Source: Squalus acanthias (taxonomy: Eukaryota). From it: DNA of 64,000 nt. The translations under genes were made by a program, and so were the position numbers. The notes beneath the pieces were generated by a model. It had not been told where the DNA came from, made no database searches, and saw only the letters and a list, made by a program, of their open reading frames with translations. Positions 25,207 through 38,087 of the stretch are shown one piece after another (the first letter of the stretch is position 1; every line of letters begins with the position of its first letter). The stretch is from assembly GCA_030390025.1 (NCBI GenBank), contig CM059433.1:8930001-8994000 (forward strand), in the 5' to 3' direction.

Positions 25207-26322
25207 CAGGGATGAGGGACTTCAGTTATGTGGAGAGACTAGAGAAGCTGGGATGGTTCTCCTTAGAGCAGAGAAGGCGATGGGGCGATTTAATAGAGGT
25301 GTTCAAAATTATCAAGGGTTTTCATAAGAGTAAACAAGGAGAAACTGCTCCCAACTGGCAGGAGGGTCGGTAACCAGAAGATTTAACACAATTGGCAAAA
25401 GAACCAGAGGTGAGATGGGGAGAATTATTTTTATGCATCGATAGAATCATAGAATCATAGACATTTACAGCACAGAAGGAGGCCATTCGGCCCATCTTGT
25501 CTGTGCCGGCCAACAAAGAGCTCTCCACCATAATCCCACTTTCCAGCACTTGGTCCGTAGCCCTGTAGGTTACAGCTCTTCAGGTGTACATCCAAGTACT
25601 TTTTAAATGTGATGAGGGTTTCTGCCTCTACCACCCTTTCAGGCAGTGAGTTCCAGACCCCCAACACCCTCAGGGTGAAAAAAATTCTCCTCAAATCCCC
25701 TCTAAACCTCCTACCAATTACTTTAAATCTATGCCCCCTGGTTATTGACCCTTCTGCTAAGGGAAATAGGTCCTTCCTGTCCACTCTATCTAGGCCCCTC
25801 ATAATTTTATACACCTCAATTAAGTCTCCCCTCAGCCTCCTCTGTTCCAAAAAAAACAAGCCCCAGCCTATCCAATCTTTCCTCATAGCTAAAATTCCCC
25901 AGCCCAGGCAACATCCTGGTAAATCTCCTCTGCACCCTCTCTAGTGCAATCACATCTTTCCTGTAATGTGGTGACCAGAACTGTACGCAATGCTCTAGCT
26001 GTGACCTAACTAGTGTTTTATACAGTTCAAGCATAACCTCCCTGCTCTTATATTCTATGCCTCAGCTAATAAAGGCAAGTATCCCGTATGCCTTCTTAAC
26101 CACCTTATCTACCTGTCCTGCTACCTTCAGGGATCTGTGGAATGCATTGCCTGAAAGGGTGCTGGAAGCAGATTCGATAGTAACTTTCAAAAGGGAGCTG
26201 GTTAAATATTGAAAAGGAAAAATTTGCAGAGCTATGGGGAAAAAGCAGGGGAGTGGGACTAATTGGATAACTGATTCAAAGAGCCTGCACAGCCACGACG
26301 GACTGAACTGTATGATTCTATG
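25207..26322 (+). mobile_element. CR1 3' fragment split by an antisense CR1 (~25441-26138)
   Basis: GMRDFSYVERLEKLG on plus; minus ORFs 25455-25886 and 25816-26034 are CR1 ORF2 C-termini. Confidence 0.85.
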
Positions 26323-26349
26323 AATGTACAATCACATATATATTTTGAA

Positions 26350-28540
26350 ACACCATTGCACCTGAACAGATCCGGGGCCCAGGTTCTCGCTGAGAGGTTA
26401 ACTAACACTGTTGGGGAGGGTTTAAACTATATTTGGCAGGGGGAAGGGGACGAGGAAATAGCAGAGAGGGGCAGAAATGAGATCAGAGAGCAGAGAGCTA
26501 TAAACAACGGTAAGATTAGGAATATCCCTGAATTGCAGGGGCCAGATTGAGAAAAATAGCGAAAGTGACAAAGGGGGTATTGAATTGTCTGTACGTCAAT
26601 GTCTGTAGTGTAACCAATAAGGTTGGTGAGCTGCAGGCACAAATTGCTACGTGGGACTATGACATGGTTGCATTAACAGAGACCTGGCTCAAACAAGGCC
26701 AGGAATGCGTTCTTAATGTTCCTGGTTACCAAGTTTTCAGGAATGCTAGAGAAGGGAAAAGAGGAGAGGGCGTGGCAGTATTGAAAAAGGATGATGTTAC
26801 AGCTCTAAATAGAAAGGATTTACTAGCTGGCTCTAGGACTGAACCTATTTGACTTGAGTTGAGGAACAGAGGGGGAGCTGTTACATTGTTGGGAGATTTT
26901 TACGGAGCTCCAAACAGTGAGAAGGAGATAGATGAGCAAATTTGACAGCAAATTTCAAAGGCGTGTAACAAAAATAGAGTAGTAATAGTAGGAGACTTTA
27001 ATTACCCGAATATAGACTGGGAAAAACACAGTGCTACGGTTAGAGAAGGAGAAGAATTTCTGACATGTGCACAGGAGAACTTTATCGATCAATATGTCCC
27101 CTGTCCAACAAAGAAGGAAGTAGTGTTGCATCTGGTTCTGGGAAATAAAGTAGGACAAGTGGAGTGTGTTACAGTAGGAAATCATCGAGCTAACAGTGAC
27201 CACAACATAATTCGGTTTAAGGTAATAATGGAAAGAGACCAGAAAATATCGAAGGTAAAAATGCTAAACTGGGGAAGAACTAATTTCAGTGATTTAAGAA
27301 GGGGCCGGGCACAGCTAGATTGGAAAAGGCGATTGCAGGGTCAAGCAGTAACGGAGCACTGGAGGGCAAAGGAAGAGCATCCAAAGCTAATGCGCCCTGG
27401 ATGACAAAAGAAATAAAAGTTAAAATAAAACAGAAGAAGGAGGCTTATGACAAATGTCAGGAGCAAGATTCGGTTAGTAACCAGGAAGATTATAGAAAGT
27501 TCAGGAGGGAATTGAAAAAGTTAATACAGGAGGCAAAGAGAGGTTACAAGAAAAGATCAGCAGGCAACATTAAATTGAACCCTAAAACTTTTAGGGGGAG
27601 AAATTCAGTATCGCCCCATTTGGGGCGCAATTATCGGCCGGGCGCAAAGATTAGCGCCTGGCGCTAATTATCGCAACCGACTGCAAACTTGACTTTTATC
27701 GCCCCTGGAGGTGATTGCAGCGCTATATCAGGCGCTTCACACCTGTCTTAAGGCGCAAATGCCGAGGAGCGAGGCGCTACCTCAGAGCGCTGGCGAAGCT
27801 CATGTGATGTCAGTCAGCAATGGAACACACACACAATGGCACGGGCCAGTTCTTAAAGGGGATGGTTAATCTTGCTTTCCATCCATATCCTGCTCATTGC
27901 AGCCTTGAATCTCGGCCTGGAGAGACCTGCATATCAAATGTGCTGGAAAGAACAATGGAGAGTACCAGGCAAAGAGCTCAGAGTGCAGCCCCCACAGTCT
28001 CTTCTAAATCGATACAAGGAATGGCAAATCAAAATGAACCTGCAAAGTGCTGCTCAGTACCCAAAACTCCTTCACACAACGTTGACTCTCTCCAGAAGTC
28101 TCTCCCTCTCTCTCTCAGAATGCGTAGTTCAAAAATGGCACCAACAATAAAAGGCAGGAAGCGGTCACCTTTAAATAGCGCTCCCCCTTTCCCTTCATGA
28201 CTGCAGAACGCTCCCCTCAACCTGTCGTTGCTAGCGTCAGGCGGTAAGGCAGGGGGCGCCACTCAATATCTGCTCCGGGGCGATACCGGGGCGTTGCGCA
28301 CTCGAGTGACGTCATGATCTGCCGGCGCAGGAGATCGTGGCGGGAGTGTTTAGCGCCGCCGCAAAATGTCTAGTTAATTTCGCGAGCGGCGCAAACTTCG
28401 CCGCGCCTGGGCGCTAGATGCTTTGCGCCCCATTAGCGCCCTCTTAAGGCGCTAACGGGAGGCGCAACCAACTGAATTTTTCCCCCTTAAAGTGTAAGTG
28501 GTTTGCTAGGGAAAATGTTGGGTCTATTAAGGACCCAAAG
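26350..28540 (+). mobile_element. CR1 internal fragment: ORF1 esterase-like C-terminus and ORF2 AP endonuclease (interrupted by MITE)
   Basis: LHLNRSGAQVLAERL...GEGLN; CLYVNVCSVTNKVGEL...ALTETWL...SDHNIIRF; several stops and frameshifts. Confidence 0.85.
27594..28486. mobile_element. 893-bp Harbinger-type non-autonomous element, TSD TTA
   Basis: TIRs GGGGGAGAAATTCAGT / ACTGAATTTTTCCCCC; TTA at 27591-27593 and 28487-28489; near-identical copy at 50419-51311. Confidence 0.92.
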
Positions 28541-29910
28541 GGCCCTATATAATTGCAGAAAGACGTCTTTACTCTTATACTCAAATCTCCTTGTAATAAA
28601 GGCCAACATACCATTTGCTTTCCTAATTGCTTGCTGTACCTGTACAAGGTCACCCAGGTCCCTCTGAACACCAACATTTCCAAATCTCTCACCATTTAAA
28701 AAATGCTCTGCTTTTCTATTTTTCCTACTAAAGTGGATAACTTCACATTTCCCCACATTATATTCCATTTGCCATGTTCTTGCCCACTCACTTAGCCTGT
28801 CTATATCCCCTTGAAGCCTCCTTGCATCCTCCTCACAACTTACATTCCCACCCAGCTTTGTATCATACATCACATCCACTGGTTCCCCCTTACCTATTCT
28901 GCGAGTTACAACCTCAAAAACTCTAACAGATTCGTCAAACATGATTTCCCTTTCATAAATCCGTGTTGACTCTGCCCAATCCTGTTATTATTTTCTAAGT
29001 GCCTTGTTACCACGTCCTTAATAATAGATTCTAGCATTTTCCCTACTACTGATGTCAGGCTAACTGGTCTGTAGTTCCCAATTTTCTCTCTCCCTCCTTT
29101 CTTAAATAGTGGGGTTATATTTGCTACCTTTGTAGGCTAAGAGGTGACCTAATAGAGTTTTACAAGATGATGAGAGGTTTTGGTAGAATAAATAGGGAAA
29201 AAAAATATTCCCTCTGGCGAGTGAGTCAATAACTGCAGCGGTTCAAGAAGGCGGCTCACCACCACCTTCTCAAGGGCAACTAGGGATGGGCAATAAATGC
29301 CGGCCTTGCCAGCGACGCCCACATCCCATGAACAAATTAAAAAAAAACTAGAGGTCATAGATTCAAAATTATTGGAAAAAGATCTAGAGGGGAGATGAGG
29401 ATAATTTTTTTCACTCAGAGAGTCGTTGGGATCTGGAATAGAAACATAGAAACATAGAAAATAGGTGCAGGAGTAGACCATTCGGTCCTTCGAGCCTGCA
29501 CCGCCATTCAATGCGTTCATGGCTGAACATGCTACCTCAGTACCCCATTCCTGCTTTCTCGCCATACCCCTTGATCCCCTTAGTTGTGAGTGTTATATCT
29601 AACTCCCTTTTGAATATATTTAGCGAACTGGCCTCAACAACCTTCTGTGGAAGAGAATTCCATAGATTCACCACTCTCTGGGTGAAGAAGTTCCTCCTCA
29701 GCTCAGTCCTAAATGCTCTACCAGAAAAGGTGATTCCATAAATAATTTTCAAAACGGAGTTGGACAGGTACTTGAGGATCAGCAACGTACAGGGTTAGAC
29801 AAAAAGCGGGGGGTGTGGGACTAAGCACGACTGCTCTCTCCAAGAGCCGGCACAGGCAGGACGGGCCGAATGGCCTCCTTCTGTGCTGTGAGTTTCTATG
29901 AATCTATGAA
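28540..29910. mobile_element. Cluster of CR1 fragments in both orientations with a Zenon/Crack-like 3' end (~29233-29347)
   Basis: ORFs 28487-28942 and 29537-29785 match CR1 RT and C-terminus; tails at ~29440 and ~29900. Confidence 0.8.
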
Positions 29911-31644
29911 CCGTGCTGCTTCGTGAAGGAAGGGTGCGGCTGGGAATTCCGCCAACACTGCAGGAGGGAGAGCACAGGCTCCTGGAGCGGCCAGGGCCTG
30001 AACGGCCAGGCTCCAACAACAAATTGCATTTGTATAGCGCCTTTAACGTAGTAAAACGTCCCAACAAAACTTGTACTCGTTAAAAAACTATGGAAGAGTT
30101 TCCGTCATCTCCGAATGTGAGAGCGCGGAGGCGGCTGAGCTCGGTACAGTGGATGTGCCAGGAGCAGGATGGTCACGTGTGAGCCGGGCAGCTGGCTAAT
30201 GGAGGCTAAATAAACAAATAAACAACTCAATCTTTACCAAACTACAAGCAAAAAAAAAAGAGAGGCCAGCCTGGGAAAGCCCGAGCCAAACCCCGAGATC
30301 AGAAGAGAGACGCCTCCAAGATGCTTGGATGGGCGATGATGTCACCTGCCCGCAGGTCATCGGCTATTAAAGGTTCAATGGGGACGGCAAAAACTGGAGT
30401 TACAAAGCTTTCATAATAAGGGACTTTTTTGCTTACTCGTAGGAAATTCATCGTGACAAACATTCAGACAGTGAGGTACAGACTCCATATAGAGCAGCCT
30501 GTTTTTTAACAGCATTATTGATTCACCAGAGCAATCTGTAGATCAGTTTTGATCTGATAAGCCACTCTATGGATTTTATGATTTTCCAAAGTATTGTGTT
30601 GTAGAAGACACTTAAACATTGAGAGGGTTAGACCCACACACGGTCAGGCTGAAGCTAAAAATGGCGCAGCATCAAGAACCTTCTTAAAACCTGCCTCTTT
30701 GACTAAGCTTTTAGTCACCTCAGTACACAAGATCAAGAACTCCATTTTGTGGTTTTTTTTTTTTTACATTTTCTATACCAATTTTCTCTCAAGTTTCCCC
30801 TCCCAAAGGTATCGATTCTGCCCTGAACATGATTCAAAGAGTGTTGGCAATCAATCCATGCTGTGTCTAAGTGGTCATTCTTGATAATGAGGGTGAGCCA
30901 GAAGGGGGGGGAGCACTAGAAAAAACACACAGCACGAGCGAGCTGCTTCATGTGGTAATGAGGAGGAGGGCGCTGCTGGCCAGAGGGTTAGGTTGCCTAG
31001 GCCTTCGGCTGAAGAGCCTGGGGTTCTGGATTTGACAGATCCTGCTTTTAAAAGAACGACCCATGCAGAGCATCAACCGGCGGTGCTGGCATTGAGGGCC
31101 GTGTCAAACAGTGTACGCCAGATGGTTGAGGAGTCCAGTAACAGCATGTGCAGAGCATTGGAGGAAGGATTCACAACTCATCAGCCACCATGAAGCATGT
31201 GATACAACTCCAAGTACATCTGCATTGTGACTCCATGACACAAACAACAACAGCAACAACAACTTGCATTTATATAGCGCCTTTAACGTAGTAAAACATC
31301 CCAAGACGCTTCAAAGTTTGACACCCTATAGACAGTCAGTGCTTCTTCCGTGGATGCCCAGACTTCTACCATAGAGACCTGAGGAGCTTCACCGATCTGA
31401 CTGAGATCATTGGGTCTGCTTTTCCGCAGCTCACGAGCCATGCTGAGCCAGTACCAGTAGCATGGCAGGAATGGGCACAGATGATGGTGCTGTCTCTCAG
31501 CATGCCAGCACATGTGAACCCTCCCACTAGGCCCCTTCATTGTCTACAAAAATGGCAGAAAGGACTGGAGGCCAGAGTGCCCATGCAGCAGTACAAGAGG
31601 CGAAGCCGACAGCAGGTCTACGTCAGGATTTAGATGACATAATT

Positions 31645-33035
31645 TAGTTAGCCTGACATCAATAGTAGGGAAAATGCTAGAATCTATTATTAAGGACGTG
31701 GTAACAGGGCACTGAGAAAGTAATAATGGGATTGGGCAGAGTCAACACGGATTTTTGAAAGGGAAATCGCGTTTGACGAATCTGTTAGAGTTTTTTGAGG
31801 TTGTAACTAGCAGGATAGATAAGGGGGAACCAGTGGATGTGGTGTATTTGGATTTTCAGAAGGCATTCGATAAGGTGCCACACAAGAGGTTATTAAACAA
31901 AATTAGGGCTCATGGGATTGGGGGTTATATACTAGCATGGACTGAAGATTGGTTAACGGACAGAAAACAGAGAGTAGGAATAAACGGGTCATTTTCGGGT
32001 TGCCAGGCTGTAACTAGTGGGGTACCCCAAGGATCAGTGCTTGGGCCTCAGCTATTCACAATCTACATCAATGATTTGGATGAGGGGACCAAATGTAATA
32101 TATCCAAGTTTGCTGATGATACAAAGCTGGGTGGGAATGTAAGTTGTGAGGAGGATGCAAAGAGGTTGCAAGGGGATATAGACAGGTTAAGCGAGTGGGC
32201 AAGAACATGGCAAATGGAATATTATGTGGAGAAATATGAAGTTATCCACTTTGGTAGGAAAAATAGAAAAGCAGAGTATTTTTTAAATGGTGAGAGATTG
32301 GGAAATGTTGGTGTTGAGGGACCTGGGTGTCCTTGTACACGAATCACTGAAAGTTAACATGCAGGTACAGCAAGCAATTAGGAAAGCAAATGGTATGTTG
32401 GCCTTTATTACAAGAGGAATTGAATATGAGAGTAAAGATGTCTTACTGCAATTATATAGGGCTTTGGTGAGACCACACCTGGAGTATTGTGTAGAGTTTT
32501 GGTCTCCTTACCTAAGGAAGGATATACTTGCCATAGAGGGAGTGCAACGAAGGTTCACCAGACTGATTTCTGGGATGGGGGGACTGTCCTATGAGAAGAG
32601 ATTGAGTAGACTAGGCCTATATTCTCTCGAGTTTAGAAGAATGAGAGGTGATCTGATTGAAACATACAAAATTCTGGCAGGGCTTGACAGGGTAGATGCA
32701 GGGAGGATGTTTTCCCTGGCTGGGGAGTCTAGAACATGGGATCACAGTCTCAGAATAAGGGGCCGGCCATTTAGGACTGAGATGAGGAGAAATTTCTTCA
32801 CTCAGAGGGTAGTGAATCTTTGGCATTCTCTATCCAAGAGGACTGTGGAGGCTCACTCGTTGAGTATATTCAAGGCAGAGATTGATAGATATTTGGATAT
32901 TAAGGGAATCAAGGGATATGGGGATAGTGCAGGATGGTGGAGTTGAGGTCGAAGATCAGCCATGATCTTATTGAATGGCAGAGCAGGCTCGAGGGGCCAA
33001 ATGGCCTACTCCTGCTCCTATTTCTTATGTTCTTA
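31645..33035 (+). mobile_element. CR1 LINE, 5'-truncated, RT and C-terminus with one frameshift
   Basis: ORFs 31755-32357 (YLDFQKAFDKV, GVPQGSVLGP, FADDTKL) and 32287-32946; (TTCTTATG) tail. Confidence 0.93.
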
Positions 33036-34244
33036 AATTGATGGCCACTTCAATCCCAGGCGGCTCATATTGAATCACAGCAGCCTGCCATCTCATGCAC
33101 TCCTGTCACTGAGGTAGCACCAAGGAGAATTAGAAGGGTAAGTTTAAGAGCACACACTTCATACCCTGGCAGCAATGGTAAAAAGCACTAGGATCACACA
33201 CGATTTGGTTTCTTTCTACAATTATGGTTGCACTAAAGTTGTACTTGCAGACATTGTTTTTTGGAAGTTGGTCTTACCAAGTAGCATGAATGGGAGTTTT
33301 ATGAGTTGTTGCACACAGAGAAAGATCTATAGACAATGGCGCATTACTGGTGGGAAGGGGAAAGCTAAGATACGAGTATTAATGTGTTGGCCAGATCTCA
33401 AAATTAAGAGGTCTCTTGTAAAAGAGTGGCATTAAGGTTTCTGGCCCTCCACATCCTCTTCAGCCTACTGCTTGCTGCTCCTCCAAAGCCTCCATGTTGA
33501 AGTCTGTTTGCACGGAAAAGTTGTGCAGCAGACTACTATGATCGCTCAGCCCCTTCCCGTATTATATCGCAGGATGCCCCCAGGACACTCCAGGTACCTG
33601 GTGCACTGCCTCAACATGCCAATGGTGTGCTCAGTGATCATCTGGTGGATGATCGCACCCCATTATGCCTGCGTTCAGCTTGTGTCCTGAGATACTGCAC
33701 ACTTGAGCCATGACTGCAGAGGATAATCTTGATCTCCCAGGAGCTAACCCAGGACTAGACCTTCTGGGTCAGAGTGCCGGCACAGGTGTCTATAAAATTA
33801 AGGTAAGGAAGTGAAGCATCGACTTACATAATGCGGTGCTCCTGGTTGTAAACGAGTGGCTCATTAAAAGAGTGAAGTTCTTTTCTGTTCAAGTAGGTGG
33901 TTTCATTGACATCGGGCCACGCGGGTCCAATCTATCACTTCTTGGACCTTTGGGAATTCTGCCACTCTGTTAAATTGTAGTAACCTCTCACGCTGCTGGC
34001 AGTTGTCCAGGAAGAAAAAGATGGAATGCTTACTCCAACAAAGAATGCCGCCGTGATTTGCTGAATGCGTCTGTGCACAACTGATTAGTGAAAGCTAGTG
34101 ATGCCCTCAGTGGCGTTCCATTGTACAGAAACTAAGGACAATTGTAACCTTGGCAGCAACCAAGAGTGCAATGCCTATGGTGGAGCTGAGATGCCAACAA
34201 GGTTACAGCATGTTGCGTGATGGCTTCCTTTGTAAAGCAAAGCA

Positions 34245-34981
34245 GATGCTCAAAGGGACCTGGGTGTCCTTGTACACAAGTCACTGAAAGTGAATGTGCA
34301 GGTGCAGCAAGCCATCAGGGAGGCAAATGGTATGCTGGCCTTCATTACAAGAGGATTTAAGTACAGGAGTAAAGAAGTCTTACTCCAATTATATAGGGCC
34401 TTGGTGAGACCACACCTGGAGTACTGTGTACAATTTTGGTCTCCTTACCGAAGGAAGGATATACTTGCCACAGAGGGAGTGCAACAAAGGTTCGCCAGAC
34501 TGGTTCCTGGGATGGCGGGACTGTCGTATGAGAAGAGATTGAGTAAACTAGGCCTATATTCTCTTGAATTCAGAAGAATGAGAGGGGATCTCATTGAAGC
34601 ATACAAAATTATTACAGGGCTTGATAGGGTGGATGCCGGGAGAATGTTTCCCTTGACTGTGGAGTCTAGAACCAGGGGCCACAGCCTCAAGATAAAGGGT
34701 AGGCCATTCAGGATTGAGATGAGAAGAAATTTCTTCACACAGAGAGTGGTGAATCTTTGGAATTCTCTACCCCAGAGGGCTGTGGAGGCTCAGTCATTGG
34801 GTATATTCAAAACAGAAGTCGATAGATTTCTGACTAGTAAGGGCATCAAGGGATATGGCGATAGGGCCGGTGAATGGAGTTGAGGCAGAAGATCAGCCAT
34901 GATCTCATTGAATGGCGGAGCAGGCTCGAAGGGCCGAATGGCCTACTCCTGCTCCTATTTCTCATGTTCTTATGTTCTTAT
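34245..34981 (+). mobile_element. CR1 3' fragment
   Basis: ORF 34290-34883; GGGCCGAATGGCC hairpin and tail. Confidence 0.92.
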
Positions 34982-35884
34982 GCATCCGCAGGCACTGTTC
35001 CTCAGTTAAATGCTGGTATGTGCCCTTCTGCCCCATAGTCTGATCTGGGGATAACAGTGGGTGGGTGCCATGTACCTCCAGTGCAGCTTGACCAGCCTGG
35101 CATCCCTGTGTTGCTTTTCTTCTTCTTCCAAAAAGCAAAAGTAACAAGTGAATTCCCAATAGGAAAACCATTTTTCACCGGGTGAGCTAGTTGGGTGGGG
35201 AGTGGGGGGGGGGGGGGAGGGGGGGGGAGGGGACGGGGGGTGGGGAGGGGACGGTGAGAGAGGGAATGGAAAATGGGCCAAAACCAGATAATAAGTTACT
35301 TGGCTACAAGGGGAAGAAAATGGGTCAGTAAATGACCCATAAACTGCTGCTGTGAATGTAGCCGTTGGGCTCCTTAAATGCCCTTCTGCCTTCTCCAAAG
35401 CGCCTAGCAACCCTGGACGACCATTTCATTTGGGCGTGAAGAGGAAACAGTGCAAGTGAGATACAAATGACAAGATATGGTGCACGTGATGTCATGCTCA
35501 CTCCATTTGCATGGAACCACCCAAAAATGAGAAGCCACTTCCTACATCTGCCAGAAATAACATTGCAAAGTGGTCCATTAGTGTGGGTCTTATCCCCCAC
35601 CCCCCTCAATTCGAGTACTCCAATTGACACTCATAAATCAAGTGACCCTGATCTGCATATTTAAGCTTGGGTGTCAGTGGGATATTCAACCATAGGAAAC
35701 ATGGCCTAGAAGTTCAATCACAGGCGTAAAACGGGAGCTCAAGGGTCCAATATGGTGGGCAGCGTGCGCATGCTCATTCCGCGCCGGAAGTGCGGCACAT
35801 GTAGTATTGGTTCGGGTGCCCTGTAGTCGTTAGGTGTTAGGCCCATTGCCTATGCAAATCGGAGGCCTAACGTCTGTTTTCAGC

Positions 35885-37086
35885 GCCTCGATTTCAAAAT
35901 TCTCATCCTTGTTTTCAAATCCCTCCATGGCCTCACCCCTTCCTATCTCTGTGATCACCTTCAGCCCCACAACCCCCCCGAGATATCTGCGCTCCTCTAA
36001 TTCTGCCCTCTTAGAGTCTTAGGGCTGGATTTTGTCTTGGGGTCGGGTTGGGGTCGTGTAATCCGCATTTCGTGTTCCCCCCCCCCCCCGACTCCAGATT
36101 AATGTGGATGCCTGATGCAATTTTCACTTAATTGGGCAATTGAGTTGCAGCATGTGGGAACCCATGAACTAATTAGTGGTTTCAGTCTGAAACCCGCCTC
36201 TGATGATGTCATCATTGCTGACTGCCTGCTCTCAGAGATTGTCTGGCTACTGGTGAGAGAGGACCTGTCTGCATTGCTTCTGATGTTGGACCTGGATACA
36301 AATGAGAGAGAGAGAGAGAGAGATTGAGATTGAGATTGTAATAGTGGACTTGCAGCCGATAGTCAGCTATCCATTTGTGCTCCCGCCAGGTTTCACTGGA
36401 GTGTTTCACACCAGGCGTGCTTCACGTCAGAAAAGGGTTAAACTAGCTACAACGTTTCAAAATGGCATTACAGAGCCAATTTAGGGCTTGTTAAGGGCTT
36501 TAATGGCCTCTCCCGCCTCTTGGAGTCGGGATGGGGTCGGAAACCCCGACCCCGCAAATTTAACACGCCTCCAAACCCGACTCCATGGGTCACTCAAAAT
36601 CCAGCCCATAGAGTCATAGATTTATACAGCACAGAAAGAGGCCCTTCGGCCCATCGTGTCCGCGCCGGCCATCAAGCCCTGTCTATTTTAATCCCATTTT
36701 CCAGCACTTGGTCCGTAGCCTTGCATGCTATGGCGTTTCAAGTGCTCATCTAAATGCTTCTTGAATGTTGTGAGGGTTCCTGCCTCTACCACCCTCTTGA
36801 GCATCCCTGATTATAATCGCTCAACCTTTGGTGGCCGAGCCTTCTGTTGCCTAGGCCCTAAGCTCTGGAATTCCCTACCTAAACCTCTCTGCCTCGCTAC
36901 CTCTCTTTCTTCCTTTAAGACGCTCCTTAAAACCTACCTCTTTGACCAAGCTTTTGGTCACCTGCCCTAATTTATCCTTATGTGGATCGGTGTCAAATTG
37001 TTTTGTCTTACAATACTCCTCTGCATCGCCTTGGGACGTTTTACTACGTTAAAGGCGCTATATAAATACAAGTTGTTGTTGTTGTT
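35885..37086 (+). mobile_element. L2 3' fragment containing an antisense CR1 tail (to ~36797) that itself contains a MITE
   Basis: FKILILVFKSL...; GGRAFCCLGPKLWNSLP...FKTLLKTYLF; (TTG)n tail; CCCTCTT on both sides of the insert. Confidence 0.85.
36022..36607. mobile_element. Harbinger-type MITE (GGGCTGGATTTT family)
   Basis: TIRs GGGCTGGATTTTG / CAAAATCCAGCCC; homologous to 49425-50171 and 54521-55141 in opposite orientation. Confidence 0.85.
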
Positions 37087-38087
37087 TTAGGCCCCCTTTG
37101 TGAAATTCGTTCATGACTGGCTGTGCCGACTATGGTCATGCAGTGGTCCTGCCTCCACCCTTATTGGACGCCGGCAGTGTATGCAGCATCAGGATCGGAT
37201 CCAATTTCTAGGCCATTTTGTCTCTCACCTGCTTTCACCTCCCCTCCCCCCACCCCCTTTCTCAGCCCTTTTTCTCTCCCTTCAGCTTACTGCACTTTCT
37301 GAAGTTTTATGGAACGCAAAGCAAAAGCTACAACAAGTGTGTAATTTCTTTTTGTTTAACTCGCTGAGGTACCCGCTGATGCATCCTCTTGAAAAGAACA
37401 GGCTTAAAATAAATGTTACCCCAGTTTTGCGATTTGTCATTCTTGGATTTTCCGAATTATTTGAGGAGGCGCTACAAGGCAGCAAGTGCTGGAAGCTGAA
37501 GAAAACAACTGTGTCAGTACAGCTGACTGAACAGCATTGATTCATCCTGGAAAATTACTGTGCATACTTAAGACTGTGCAATCCAAATTCAGCCCACAGT
37601 GTCACAGGTCAGTCGAAAATCAGCTAACTCGTCACAGACTGGGAATCAGGACTTGGGTCCTTCTGGTCTACATTTACTAAGTCAACCCTCAGAGGAGTTC
37701 AGAGTTCTCTTTTATACCAAAACTGAAAACTGCTGTGAATCTGCAGTGGAAACATTAAGGGAAATCAGTGTGAATGATGTGGGGGCTTTTACTTTAATCA
37801 CATAAACTCCCATCTGGTGACCTTGGTGCCAGTTCCAACTCTGAAGTTAAGAGATTCACATCAGCTTGTTGGATTGCTAGGGTTGCCATCCATCTGGTTT
37901 TGAGTGGACCGTCTGGGAATTTGTAAAATGCAAACCACCACAAAAAGCTCTTTTTTAAAAAACAGAATTCCATTTCTTCCACTTCATTCTGTATCTCGTG
38001 AGGGCAGAGACTTTAGTTTCTAAGGGTTTCAATTAACTTTCATCACCTGCAAAGCAACTCAGATCTCAAGCAAGGATCACCTACACA

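Larger units (their letters stand above)
30900..35200 (-). mobile_element. Ancient degraded Harbinger transposon (transposase remnants on minus, probable second ORF on plus), split by two CR1s
   Basis: Minus ~33450-33650 QMITEHTIGMLRQCTRYLECPGGILRY resembles VIEQAIGRLRLRFRCLDRSGGALQY of the 59-kb copy; ~34985-35060 YQHLTEEQCLRM resembles FLHLLDEQCFRR. Confidence 0.55.
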
